From the NCBI GenBank assembly GCA_003021785.1, contig PXQU01000005.1, forward strand, positions 10,850 to 74,849: 64,000 bases of DNA, read 5' to 3'. Below are positions 44,035-53,165 of the stretch, piece by piece. The notes below the pieces were generated by a model, which saw only the letters and a program-made list of their open reading frames with translations, did no database searches and was not told where the DNA came from. Numbering within the stretch: the first letter of the stretch is position 1; the number at the start of each line of letters is the position of its first letter. The DNA is from Halobacteriales archaeon QH_7_65_31 (GTDB lineage Archaea; Halobacteriota; Halobacteria; Halobacteriales; Haloarculaceae). The position numbers were made by a program, and so were the translations under genes.

Positions 44035-45078
44035 ATGACCACAGAACCACTACTCTCAGTCGAGAATCTCCACACGACGTTCACGACGGACGCGGGTACG
44101 CTCACCGCGGTCGATGGAATCAGCTTCGAGATCGAGGAGGGCGAGACGATGTGTCTGGTCGGCGAGTCCGGCTCCGGCAAGACCGTCGCCAGCGAGTCAA
44201 TCACCCGCCTCGTCCAATCGCCGCCCGGTGAGGTCCAAGGAACGGTCGAGTTCCGCGGCCGCGACATCGGAGAGATGGACGACACGGAGCTGCGGGAGAT
44301 CCGCGGCGGTGACGTCGCCCACATCTTCCAGAACCCGCAGGACGCGCTCAACCACTGCTACACCGTCGGCTGGCAGATCGTCGAGGCCGTCCAGTCCCAC
44401 GAGCCGAACACGGGCAGAGAGGCCGCCCGCGAGCGCGCGGTCGAACTCCTCACCGAGGTCGGGATCGCGAACGCCGCGGCCCGGCTCGACGATTACCCAC
44501 ACGAGTTCTCCGGCGGGCAGAAACAGCGCGTGATGATCGCGATGGCGCTCGTCACGAACCCGGAGCTGCTCATCGCCGACGAGCCGACGACGGCGCTGGA
44601 CGTGACGGTTCAGGCACAGATCCTCAAGCTGCTCGACCGACTGCAGGACGAGTACGGGATGGGGATCCTGTTCGTCACCCACGATCTGGGGGTCGTCGCC
44701 CAGATCGCAGACAGCGTCGTCGTCATGTACGCGGGAAAGGTGATGGAACGCGGCTCGGTCCTCGATATCTTCGAACAGCCGTCCCATCCGTACACCCGAG
44801 CGCTCATCGAATGTCTCCCCGGCGGTGAACGGTCGATCGACGGGATCCCCGGTACGCTTCCGGACCCGGTCGATCCACCCGAAGGCTGTCGGTTCGCGCC
44901 ACGGTGTGAGCACGCCGTTCCGGAGTGTCGCACCGACGACCACCCCGAGGAGTCTCCGGTGTCGGGGGACCATCTGGCCGCGTGTATCTACTACAAGCCC
45001 GGCTACGACGCGACGGTGATCCACGGCCCGGAGACGGACGCGCAGGCGAACGCCACCGGAGGTGTGACGAATGACTGA
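44035..45078 (+). CDS. ABC transporter ATP-binding protein (OppD/DppD-like)
   Basis: GESGSGKT, FSGGQKQR and [11 protein letters not shown] are present. The C-terminal tail is the compact motif CRFAPRCEHAVPEC...AACIYY. Confidence 0.92.
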   Translation: MTTEPLLSVENLHTTFTTDAGTLTAVDGISFEIEEGETMCLVGESGSGKTVASESITRLVQSPPGEVQGTVEFRGRDIGEMDDTELREIRGGDVAHIFQNPQDALNHCYTVGWQIVEAVQSHEPNTGREAARERAVELLTEVGIANAAARLDDYPHEFSGGQKQRVMIAMALVTNPELLIADEPTTALDVTVQAQILKLLDRLQDEYGMGILFVTHDLGVVAQIADSVVVMYAGKVMERGSVLDIFEQPSHPYTRALIECLPGGERSIDGIPGTLPDPVDPPEGCRFAPRCEHAVPECRTDDHPEESPVSGDHLAACIYYKPGYDATVIHGPETDAQANATGGVTND

Positions 45079-46423
45079 GCGCGTCGGCGACGAGCCGCTG
45101 TTATCCGTCCGGGATCTGGAGAAACACTACCCGATCACGCAGGGGTATCTCTCCCGCGAGGTCGGGGCGGCTCGTGCGGTCGACGGGATCAGCTTCGATC
45201 TCAGGCCGGGCGAGACGCTCGGACTCGTCGGTGAGTCCGGCTGCGGGAAATCGACCGCCGCTACCTCGATCATCAATCTGGAGACCCCGACCGGCGGTGA
45301 GGTGCTGTTCAACGGCGGCGGCCGCTGGAACCGCCAGCGCAACGAGGACGGCAGCCACCCGAACGACGTGACGGCCTTCGCCGACGACGAGCTGTTCGCG
45401 TTCCGCCGTGACGCGCAGATGATCTTTCAGGACCCGTCGTCGAGCTTCGATCCGCGGATGTCGATCGGCTCGTCGGTCGCCGAGCCGCTGCAGGTCCACG
45501 GGATGACGGATCAGGGCAGACGGCGTGCGATCGTCGAGGATCTCCTCGAACAGGTCGGGCTGGCGGCGAAAGATTACGACCGGTATCCACACGAGTTCTC
45601 CGGCGGGCAGAAACAGCGTATCGCTCTGGCACGGGCGCTCGTCCTGAACCCGGAGCTTATCGTCGCCGACGAGCCGGTCTCCGCGCTCGACGTTTCGATT
45701 CGAGCGGAGATCCTCTCGCTCATCAGCGATCTCCAAGACGAGTACGGCCTGTCGATGCTGTTCATCAGCCACGATATGTCCGTCATCCGCGAGGTGTGTG
45801 ACCGCGTCGCGGTCATGTATCTCGGCGAGATCGTCGAGATCGGGGACGCAGAGGAGGTGTTCACGGATCCACAGCATCCGTACACGGAGGCACTGCTCTC
45901 GGCGATTCCGACCGCGGATCCGCGGGCCGAGCAGGCGAACATCGAACTCCGGGGGACCGTCCCCACCCCGACGAACCCGCCGAGCGGCTGTCGGTTCCAC
46001 ACCCGCTGTCACCGTGTCATCCAGCCGGACGGTATCGATATCGATCAGGAGAACTGGCGGTCGCTGTTGAACTTCCGCGACGAGGTGCTCGCCGGACAGG
46101 TCGACGTGGAGAGCGCCCGCGAGATCGCCTCGACGGCAGCAGGCGAGGGAGACGACGCCGACATCAAAAGCGAGCTTCGCACGGAGTTCGATCTGCCGGA
46201 GTCGTTCGCCGACGCGAGCGTCGACGAGACGCTCGCGGACGCGCTCGACTCGCTGCTCGACGGCGACGACGAGACCGCCGCCGAACAGCTCTCGACGGCG
46301 TTCACCACTCCCTGTGAACAGTCCGAACCGGTGATGACGGATCACGGCGACGGCCACCAGTCGCAGTGTCTGCTCAACGAGTCCGCCCAGTCGGCTCCAC
46401 AGCCGACGCCCTCCGACGACTGA
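45071..46423 (+). CDS. ABC transporter ATP-binding protein (OppF/DppF-like) with an insertion in the C-terminal Cys motif
   Basis: [17 protein letters not shown] and [11 protein letters not shown] are present. CRFHTRC is separated by about 100 aa from C...C. The start overlaps the upstream stop by 8 nt. Confidence 0.9.
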   Translation: MTERVGDEPLLSVRDLEKHYPITQGYLSREVGAARAVDGISFDLRPGETLGLVGESGCGKSTAATSIINLETPTGGEVLFNGGGRWNRQRNEDGSHPNDVTAFADDELFAFRRDAQMIFQDPSSSFDPRMSIGSSVAEPLQVHGMTDQGRRRAIVEDLLEQVGLAAKDYDRYPHEFSGGQKQRIALARALVLNPELIVADEPVSALDVSIRAEILSLISDLQDEYGLSMLFISHDMSVIREVCDRVAVMYLGEIVEIGDAEEVFTDPQHPYTEALLSAIPTADPRAEQANIELRGTVPTPTNPPSGCRFHTRCHRVIQPDGIDIDQENWRSLLNFRDEVLAGQVDVESAREIASTAAGEGDDADIKSELRTEFDLPESFADASVDETLADALDSLLDGDDETAAEQLSTAFTTPCEQSEPVMTDHGDGHQSQCLLNESAQSAPQPTPSDD

Positions 46424-46466
46424 GCCGCGCGACGAAGGCCTATACATCTCCGCGCCAAGTGGTGGT

Positions 46467-47345
46467 ATGGAGTGGAATACGGACTGGGGACTGCGGGCGC
46501 GAATGGGGTTCACGATGTTCCTCCTGTTCGCGCTGTATCTGGTGTTCGCAGTCGTCATCACGACGCAGTTCGCCGAGAGCGCACAGCTCTTCTTGGGGCT
46601 GATGGTGCTGTTCATGGGCGCACAGTTCCTCTTCTCTGATAAGCTGGCGCTCTACTCGATGGGCGCACGCGAGGTGTCCGACGACGAGTACCCGCAGCTA
46701 CACGCGACCATCGGTCGGCTCGCACAGCAGGCCGACCTGCCGAAGCCGAAGGTCGCCGTCGCCGACTCACGCGTTCCGAACGCGTTCGCGACGGGTCGGT
46801 CACAGTCGAACAGCGCGGTCTGTGTCACGACGGGGATCATGAACACGCTCTCCGAGGAGGAGCTCGAAGGCGTCATCGCACACGAGCTCGCCCACGTCAA
46901 GAACCGCGACGTGATGGTGATGACCATCGCGTCGTTCCTCTCGACGATCGCGTTCCTCGTCGTGCGATGGGGGTGGCTGTTCGCGGGCGGCGACCGCGAG
47001 GGCGGACAGGCCCCGGTGTTCGTCGCGATCATTGCGTCGCTCGTCGTCTGGGTGTTCTCGTTCCTGTTGATTCGGGCGCTCTCGCGCTATCGCGAGTTCG
47101 CCGCCGACCGCGGCGGGGCCGCCATCACCGGCAAGCCGTCGGCGCTCGCGTCGGCGCTGTTGAAGATCAGCGGGGGCATGGACAACATCCCCGACGACGA
47201 TCTCCGCGAGCAGTCGGAGATGAACGCGTTCTTCATCATCCCGATCAAGGCGGGCACGATCGGGCGGCTGTTCTCGACACACCCCTCGACCGAGAAGCGC
47301 GTCGATCGGCTGCGCGAGCTGGAACGCGAGATGGAAACCCGATAA
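46467..47345 (+). CDS. htpX: Zinc metalloprotease HtpX (peptidase M48)
   Basis: 292 aa with four TM segments. The HEXXH motif is HELAHVKNRD, and a downstream EFAAD is present. Confidence 0.9.
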   Translation: MEWNTDWGLRARMGFTMFLLFALYLVFAVVITTQFAESAQLFLGLMVLFMGAQFLFSDKLALYSMGAREVSDDEYPQLHATIGRLAQQADLPKPKVAVADSRVPNAFATGRSQSNSAVCVTTGIMNTLSEEELEGVIAHELAHVKNRDVMVMTIASFLSTIAFLVVRWGWLFAGGDREGGQAPVFVAIIASLVVWVFSFLLIRALSRYREFAADRGGAAITGKPSALASALLKISGGMDNIPDDDLREQSEMNAFFIIPIKAGTIGRLFSTHPSTEKRVDRLRELEREMETR

Positions 47346-47968
47346 TGGGGCTGTTCGACTCCGTCAGGCAGGCGCTCGGTATCGCCGCCGAGACCGACGC
47401 GACCCGCGCCGGTGACCCGGAGGCGCTGTTCGATCTCTCGACGGCGACCGTCACGATGGAGGCGCAGCTCGATTTCGCCCCCGACAGCGAGGCTGCGCTC
47501 TGCTTTTCGGGCGTCGATTCGACGGCGTTCACCGACGCGCGCGACGAGGTCGCGGCGGTCCTCGACGCCGGCGCGTCGGAGACCGGCACGGTCTTCGAGT
47601 TCCGAACCGACGCCCACGGCTACGACTGGGTGGTGCTCGCCGACGAGCAGTTCGAGGATCTCGTGACCAGCGTCCACTTCGCCGCGGATGCGATGCAGGA
47701 GTCCGGCTTCGGCTCGCGGCTGCTCGCGGCCGCGTTCCCGTTCGAGCGCGACGGAACCGTCGCCTACTGGCTCTACTCCTTCCGTCGCGGGAGCTACTAC
47801 CCGTTCGTTCCGACCGGAAACCGAAGCCACGACTCCGACACCGAGTTCAAACTGGAGTCCGTGCTCGGGGCAGAGCTCACCATCGAGGAGGACAAGTCCT
47901 ACTGGTATCCGCTGTGGCCCGACGGCGACGCCCGCCCGTGGGGTCGCTCGCTCGCCCCGGTCGAGTAA
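47345..47968 (+). CDS. Conserved hypothetical protein translationally coupled to htpX
   Basis: The start is MGLFDSVRQALG (TAATG overlap with the htpX stop), in frame with track ORF 46967-47968. It is 207 aa and acidic. Confidence 0.7.
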   Translation: MGLFDSVRQALGIAAETDATRAGDPEALFDLSTATVTMEAQLDFAPDSEAALCFSGVDSTAFTDARDEVAAVLDAGASETGTVFEFRTDAHGYDWVVLADEQFEDLVTSVHFAADAMQESGFGSRLLAAAFPFERDGTVAYWLYSFRRGSYYPFVPTGNRSHDSDTEFKLESVLGAELTIEEDKSYWYPLWPDGDARPWGRSLAPVE

Positions 47969-48052
47969 CCTTCCCGAGTAAACGTTCCGTTCTCGTCTCC
48001 ATCGACCGGCTCCGGTCGCCCGATTTCACTTTCAGTACGCTGTTAACGTAGC

Positions 48053-48059
48053 TTTATAT
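48053..48059 (+). promoter_or_regulatory. TATA box for radA
   Basis: tttatat is centred about 27 nt upstream of ATG 48083. Confidence 0.5.
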
Positions 48060-48082
48060 CCCCGGACGCACAAGCAGATAGT

Positions 48083-49117
48083 ATGTCCGCGACACAGGAC
48101 CTCGAAGATCTCCCGGGCGTCGGCCCGGCGACCGCCGACAAGCTTCAGGACAACGGCTACGACTCGTATCAGTCCATCGCCGTCGCCTCCCCGAGCGAGC
48201 TCTCGAATCAGGCCGACGTAGGAGAGTCCTCCGCCTCCGATATCATCAACGCCGCGCGCGATGCCGCCGACATCGGTGGCTTCGAGACCGGGACGAGCGT
48301 GCTCGAACGCCGCGAGGAGATCGGTAAGCTCCAGTGGCTCATCCCCGAAATCGACGAGATGCTCGCCGGCGGCGTCGAGACCCAGTCGATCACCGAGGTG
48401 TACGGCGAGTTCGGCTCCGGCAAGTCCCAGATCACCCACCAGCTCGCGGTGAACGTCCAGCTCCAGGGCACGGAGGGCGGTCTCCACGGCCGCTGTATCT
48501 TCATCGACACCGAGGACACGTTCCGCCCGGAACGTATCGACGAGATGGTGCGCGGGCTCGACGACGAGATACTCGAATCCGAGATCGACTACCGCGACAT
48601 CGAGGGCGAGCTCGGCGACGAGGAGACGATGGAGGCGCTCGTCGACGACTTCCTCGCGAAGATCCACGTCGCGAAGGCGTTCAACTCCAACCACCAGATC
48701 CTCCTCGCGGAGAAGTCCCTCGAAATCGCGAAGGAACACGAAGACGACGAGTACCCCGTCCGACTGCTGTGTGTGGACTCGCTCACGGCGCATTTCCGCG
48801 CCGAGTACGTCGGCCGTGGCGAGCTCGCCAACCGACAGCAGAAGCTCAACAAACACCTCCACAGCCTCGACCGCGTCGGCAACCTCTACAACGCCTCCGT
48901 CCTCGTAACGAATCAGGTGCAGTCGAATCCGGACGCCTTCTTCGGTGATCCGACGAAACCCATCGGCGGGAACATCCTCGGGCACAAGTCCACGTTCCGG
49001 ATGTATCTGAAGAAGTCGAAGGGGAACAAACGCATCGTCAAGCTGGTCGACGCCCCGAACCTCGCCGACGGTGAGTCGGTGATGCGCGTCGAGAACGAGG
49101 GGATCAAGCCGGAGTAG
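48083..49117 (+). CDS. radA: DNA repair and recombination protein RadA
   Basis: 344 aa. It has an N-terminal HhH ([15 protein letters not shown]), Walker [10 protein letters not shown] and Walker B-like LLCVDS, plus the haloarchaeal acidic insertion. Confidence 0.95.
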   Translation: MSATQDLEDLPGVGPATADKLQDNGYDSYQSIAVASPSELSNQADVGESSASDIINAARDAADIGGFETGTSVLERREEIGKLQWLIPEIDEMLAGGVETQSITEVYGEFGSGKSQITHQLAVNVQLQGTEGGLHGRCIFIDTEDTFRPERIDEMVRGLDDEILESEIDYRDIEGELGDEETMEALVDDFLAKIHVAKAFNSNHQILLAEKSLEIAKEHEDDEYPVRLLCVDSLTAHFRAEYVGRGELANRQQKLNKHLHSLDRVGNLYNASVLVTNQVQSNPDAFFGDPTKPIGGNILGHKSTFRMYLKKSKGNKRIVKLVDAPNLADGESVMRVENEGIKPE

Positions 49118-49986
49118 TGCTGCTCGATGCGCGAACGCGTGAACTGCTCCTGCTCGCGCTCGCCCGCCGCACGGGGATGCTCGACGCCCTGACGACGGAC
49201 GCCGGCACGCCTACTGCTGTCGCCGCGGCGACGGAGACCGACCCGGCGCTCGCAGAGGCAGTCACGACTGCGCTCGCCGACCGCGGCTTTCTCGAACGGG
49301 TCGGCGACGAGTACGAGCCGACGAACCGGCTGCTCGGCTTCCTCACGAAGACGGACGTGCGCTCGATCGGCTCGCTCCCGGCGACGCTCGACGCGCTCGA
49401 TGCGTGGACCGACGCGGGCGACGGGGACCACGCGGTCGCGAACCGGCTCGGCGAGCAGTGGGCCTATGACGAGCAGTCAGTCCGTGCGGCCGTGACCGCA
49501 GCCGTCCGTGCCGTGCCCGACGCAGGACGGGTCCTCTGTCTCCGTGACGGCCCCGGGCGTCACGCTCGGGAGTTCGCCGTGCGAGGCTGGGAGACGACGG
49601 TGCTCGAATCCCCCGACCGAGCCGACCGGATCGCGCCGCTGCTCGCAGCTACCGACGTTCGACTCGAAACGGGCGGGGCGGAGACCGTTCCGCAGACGGA
49701 TCTCGTCTTCGCGCGCGGGTTGCTCGCCCGCTCGGACGAACCGAGCGCCGACAGGGGGCTCGCTGCGGCCGCCGCTGCCGCCCCGACGGTCGTCTGTATC
49801 GAGCGCCTGCGCGACCGGTCACCGGACGGCTCACTCGCCGACGTGGAACGACGGCTTCGCGACGGCGGTCGCGTCCGTACCGAGGCCGAACTGCGGTCGC
49901 TGTTCGCCGCTGCGGACCTCGACTGCACCGTCGAGCCGGTCCCCGGTACGGACCTGTTCGCGCTCGTCGGGCGTCGGGTTCAATAG
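49117..49986 (+). CDS. Hypothetical protein, wHTH plus methyltransferase-like fold with a degenerate SAM motif
   Basis: 289 aa. The GTG start overlaps the radA TAG (TAGTG); an alternative ATG lies at 49177. VLCLRDGPGRHAREFA sits where motif I (VLDxGxGxG) is expected. Confidence 0.55.
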   Translation: MLLDARTRELLLLALARRTGMLDALTTDAGTPTAVAAATETDPALAEAVTTALADRGFLERVGDEYEPTNRLLGFLTKTDVRSIGSLPATLDALDAWTDAGDGDHAVANRLGEQWAYDEQSVRAAVTAAVRAVPDAGRVLCLRDGPGRHAREFAVRGWETTVLESPDRADRIAPLLAATDVRLETGGAETVPQTDLVFARGLLARSDEPSADRGLAAAAAAAPTVVCIERLRDRSPDGSLADVERRLRDGGRVRTEAELRSLFAAADLDCTVEPVPGTDLFALVGRRVQ

Positions 49987-50007
49987 CGTCGCCCCCCGAT
50001 TTCGCGT

Positions 50008-50748
50008 ATGGACGCGGAGCTGCTGCGGAGGGATATGGTCGACAGCCTCGAACACGAGGCGAAGGCCGTCGTCGCCAGCGACGCCGTCGCGAGCGCGATG
50101 CGGACGGTTCCCCGCGAGCCGTTCGTCCCCGACGACGCGATGCCGTACGCCGACCGCGCGGCCGAACGGCTCGGCACGCGCGTGCTCGCTCCCTCGGACG
50201 CGGCCCGTCTGTTCGAGGCCGTCGCGCCCGACCCGGGCGAGTCCGTTCTCGTCGTCGGCGTCGGTGTCGGCTACACGGCGGCCGTCCTCGCCGAGCTCGC
50301 TGGCAGCCGCTACGTCCACGCCATCGACATCGACCGACGGCTCGTTTACGAGGCGCGGTCGAATCTCCGAAACGCGGGCTACGAGAAGGTGTTCGTCGAC
50401 TGTGCGGACGGCGCTGACGGACTCCCGTCGTACGCGCCGTACGATCATATTCTGGTCGAGGCGGCCGCGATACGACCTCCCGAGCGCCTCCTCGCGCAGC
50501 TCTCCGAGACGGGGCGGCTGGTCCTCCCGCTCGGTAGCGGCAATCAGACGCTCACCGTCGTCGGATCTGACGGCGACCCCCGCGAGCGGCTCGGGACGGT
50601 CGCGTTCGCCCCGATGCTCGTCGAGGGCGAGCAGGCGACCACGCTCGACCGCAACCGCACCGTGCGCGAGGAACACGAGCGGAGTCGCCGGGCGGAGAGC
50701 CGGGCGAACGGCTGGGAGCAGGAGTGGATCGACTGGGACCGACGCTGA
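50008..50748 (+). CDS. pcm: Protein-L-isoaspartate O-methyltransferase family protein
   Basis: 246 aa. VPREPFVP, the SAM motif VLVVGVGVGYTAAVLAEL and a later ILVEAA are present. The C-terminal extension is charged. Confidence 0.78.
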   Translation: MDAELLRRDMVDSLEHEAKAVVASDAVASAMRTVPREPFVPDDAMPYADRAAERLGTRVLAPSDAARLFEAVAPDPGESVLVVGVGVGYTAAVLAELAGSRYVHAIDIDRRLVYEARSNLRNAGYEKVFVDCADGADGLPSYAPYDHILVEAAAIRPPERLLAQLSETGRLVLPLGSGNQTLTVVGSDGDPRERLGTVAFAPMLVEGEQATTLDRNRTVREEHERSRRAESRANGWEQEWIDWDRR

Positions 50749-50807
50749 GCCGTCCGACGCGGCTTTTTATACGTCGAGCGTGACCGGGGGCGTATGGTGG
50801 CGTTCGC

Positions 50808-51101
50808 GTGACCGACACGACGATCGAGGTGACGGTCGCAGATCCCGGCGAGCCTCGCCCGTCCGTCGTCGGCGACTCACGGCTCGACGTGGCCGTCGAC
50901 GGCGAGCTGTATCCGACGGCCGAACTCACCGACGGCGGCTATCTGGCGTGGTGGTTCGAGGCGGCCGACTCCCCCGCTCCCGACGCCGACGCGACCACCG
51001 AGTGGGTCGCCGCGCCGACCCGGTTTCTCGCCGCCGCGACGCTGCGTGAGCTCTGGGCTAATCCCGCCGCCTTCGACCGTATCGCCGACGGCTCCGTGTG
51101 A
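50808..51101 (+). CDS. Hypothetical acidic protein (97 aa)
   Basis: GTG start with acidic composition. No motif recognised. Confidence 0.45.
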   Translation: MTDTTIEVTVADPGEPRPSVVGDSRLDVAVDGELYPTAELTDGGYLAWWFEAADSPAPDADATTEWVAAPTRFLAAATLRELWANPAAFDRIADGSV

Positions 51102-51152
51102 CCGTCACACTGCACCGCTGTGCTTTTCTCTCCCACCGTACCCGGAAGAGAT

Positions 51153-52661
51153 ATGCCCGACGACGACCCCGACGAGCGACTCGCCGACGCCCTCGAACGC
51201 GTCGCGCACGGGGCGGTCGTCTCGATCCCCAGCACGCTCACCCAGCGGCTACTCACCCTCGCGTTCACCGCGCTCCTGACGAACGGCTTCTCCGCCGGCG
51301 CGTACGGGCTGTTCGTGCTCGCGCGTCGAATCCAGCGGTTCCTCCGCTCGCTCACCCGCAGTTTCACCACCGGATTGAGCCGATACGTCCCGAACACCGA
51401 CACCGACACCGACCGCGACGTCATCGCGACGTTTGCGCTCACGCTCGCCGTCGGGGCCGCGACGGTGTTCGGCATCGCGCTCTATCTCGCTGTTCCCGAA
51501 ATCGGTCGGCTCACCGGCAAGGGAGTGCAGTTCGAGCTGTATCTGCGCGTCTTCGCGCTCGGACTGCCGGCGGCGGTGTGGCTCACCTTCGCCGGCAGCC
51601 TGCTCCAGAGTCTGGAGGAGATCACGCCGATGAATCTCACCCTCCGAATCGGCTTCCCGGCGTTTCAGCTGGTCGCCGCTGGCGTCGGACTCTGGCTGGG
51701 GAGTCTGCTCGCGGTCGCGGTCGGCGTCCTCGTCGTCTCCGCGGTCGGTGGAACCGTCGCACTCGCGTGGCTCGCCCGCGAACGCGGGCTTCGCCCCCGG
51801 TATCGGGGACCGACGGCCAGCTCGCTGCGACGGCGGTATCTCCGCTACACGGCCCCGCTTTTCGCCAGCTCGATCGCGACGACGGTCCAGCGGCTCGGCT
51901 TCTATCCGCTCATCGCCGTCTTCCTCACCAGCACCGCCGGTGCGGTGTTCGCCGTCGGTGAGCTCATCGGCGTGCTCGTGCGACTCCCGCTGTTCGGTAT
52001 CAATCAGCTGATGCCGCCGGTGGCCGCGACGCTGTACGGCGATGAACACCACGAGGCACTCGCGAGGCTGTATCACGCGACCAGCCGGCTCGTCCTCGTC
52101 GGCGTCACCGGGCTCGCGGTCCCGGTCGTCGTCTTCCGGCGAGCGGTGATGGCGCTGTTCGGGCCGACGTTCGTCGAGTACGCGCATCTGCTGCCGGCGT
52201 TCGTCCTCGCGCAGTGGATCGCCTGTGCCGCCGGGAGCGTCGGCATCCTCCTGATGATGACCGACCACCAGCGCGCGATGTTTCTCGTCAACGCGGCGAT
52301 CACGTCGGCGCTCGTCGTCTCGATCCCGCTCACCCGCCGGTACGGGCTCAGCGGCGTCGTCGCCGTCTATCTGCTCATGCTCTCGCTCAACAACACGCTC
52401 GAAGTCGTCGTGTTATGGCGGCTCGAAGATCTCCAGCCTCTCACGCTCGCGCATCTCAAACCCGTCGCCGCCGCCGTCCCGCTCGGCGTGGTCACGGTCG
52501 TCGGCCACCGGCTCGTTCCCGGGCTGGCCGGCGCGCTCGCGGCAACGGTCGTCGGTCTCGTCGTCTACGCGGCCGTCCTGCTGTGGCTCGGCTTCGCGCC
52601 GGCCGAACGACAGCTCGTCGGAACCCTCGCCGACCGCTACCGCACCGTCACGATCGGGTGA
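51153..52661 (+). CDS. Oligosaccharide/polysaccharide flippase (MOP superfamily, Wzx-like)
   Basis: The start is MPDDDPDERLADALE at 51153, giving 502 aa. By eye it has about 12-14 TM segments, with the N-terminal pattern typical of polysaccharide biosynthesis protein families. Confidence 0.8.
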   Translation: MPDDDPDERLADALERVAHGAVVSIPSTLTQRLLTLAFTALLTNGFSAGAYGLFVLARRIQRFLRSLTRSFTTGLSRYVPNTDTDTDRDVIATFALTLAVGAATVFGIALYLAVPEIGRLTGKGVQFELYLRVFALGLPAAVWLTFAGSLLQSLEEITPMNLTLRIGFPAFQLVAAGVGLWLGSLLAVAVGVLVVSAVGGTVALAWLARERGLRPRYRGPTASSLRRRYLRYTAPLFASSIATTVQRLGFYPLIAVFLTSTAGAVFAVGELIGVLVRLPLFGINQLMPPVAATLYGDEHHEALARLYHATSRLVLVGVTGLAVPVVVFRRAVMALFGPTFVEYAHLLPAFVLAQWIACAAGSVGILLMMTDHQRAMFLVNAAITSALVVSIPLTRRYGLSGVVAVYLLMLSLNNTLEVVVLWRLEDLQPLTLAHLKPVAAAVPLGVVTVVGHRLVPGLAGALAATVVGLVVYAAVLLWLGFAPAERQLVGTLADRYRTVTIG

Positions 52662-53145
52662 CCAGCAGGACGGTGTTCTCACGGCGATCCACGTACTCGG
52701 AGTTCGCCGGCGGCTTCACCTCGAACGAGACCGTCCCGTCCGCCTGATTCTGTCCCAGCGACGGATCGATATCGAGCGTCGCAACTCCGTCGGCGTCGGT
52801 CGTCGCCGTCGCGACGCCGTTGAGCATCGCGGAGTCACCTCTCGCGACGACGGTCGCGCCGGCGATGCGGTCCCCGTCCGGGCCGACGACCGTGACCGAC
52901 ACCTCGTCGATCTCCCCGTGAGTCACGACCTCCGGCTCCGGCTGGACGTCGAGTTCGCTCACGCCGATCGCGGAGATCCCGGACACCATGTTCATCATGA
53001 CGGACAGCGACGCCACGCCGACCACCAGCGCGATAACTAACCGAATCGGTAACCCCTCGATGGCCCGCTCGTCGTCGAGTGTATCGAACACAGCGGGAAG
53101 TGGTCCCGGCTTCCGGGATAAGTGCTCGCCCCGACGTTGAAACAC
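52648..53145 (-). CDS. Cell-surface protein with a pilin-like N-terminal anchor and a carboxypeptidase-regulatory-like beta domain
   Basis: A charged N-region is followed by ERAIEGLPIRLVIALVVGVASLSVMMNMV and then VTVVGPDGDRIAGATVVARGD...TDADGVATLDI. The track start is a GTG; an alternative GTG at 53091 gives a shorter N-region. Confidence 0.65.
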   Translation of the reverse strand: MFQRRGEHLSRKPGPLPAVFDTLDDERAIEGLPIRLVIALVVGVASLSVMMNMVSGISAIGVSELDVQPEPEVVTHGEIDEVSVTVVGPDGDRIAGATVVARGDSAMLNGVATATTDADGVATLDIDPSLGQNQADGTVSFEVKPPANSEYVDRRENTVLLVTRS

Positions 53146-53165
53146 GATTCCGAGCGACCGACGGT

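Noticed and set aside
45101-46615. 504-aa minus-strand ORF
   Set aside because: It is antisense to the OppF-like ATPase and the htpX start, with a basic composition.
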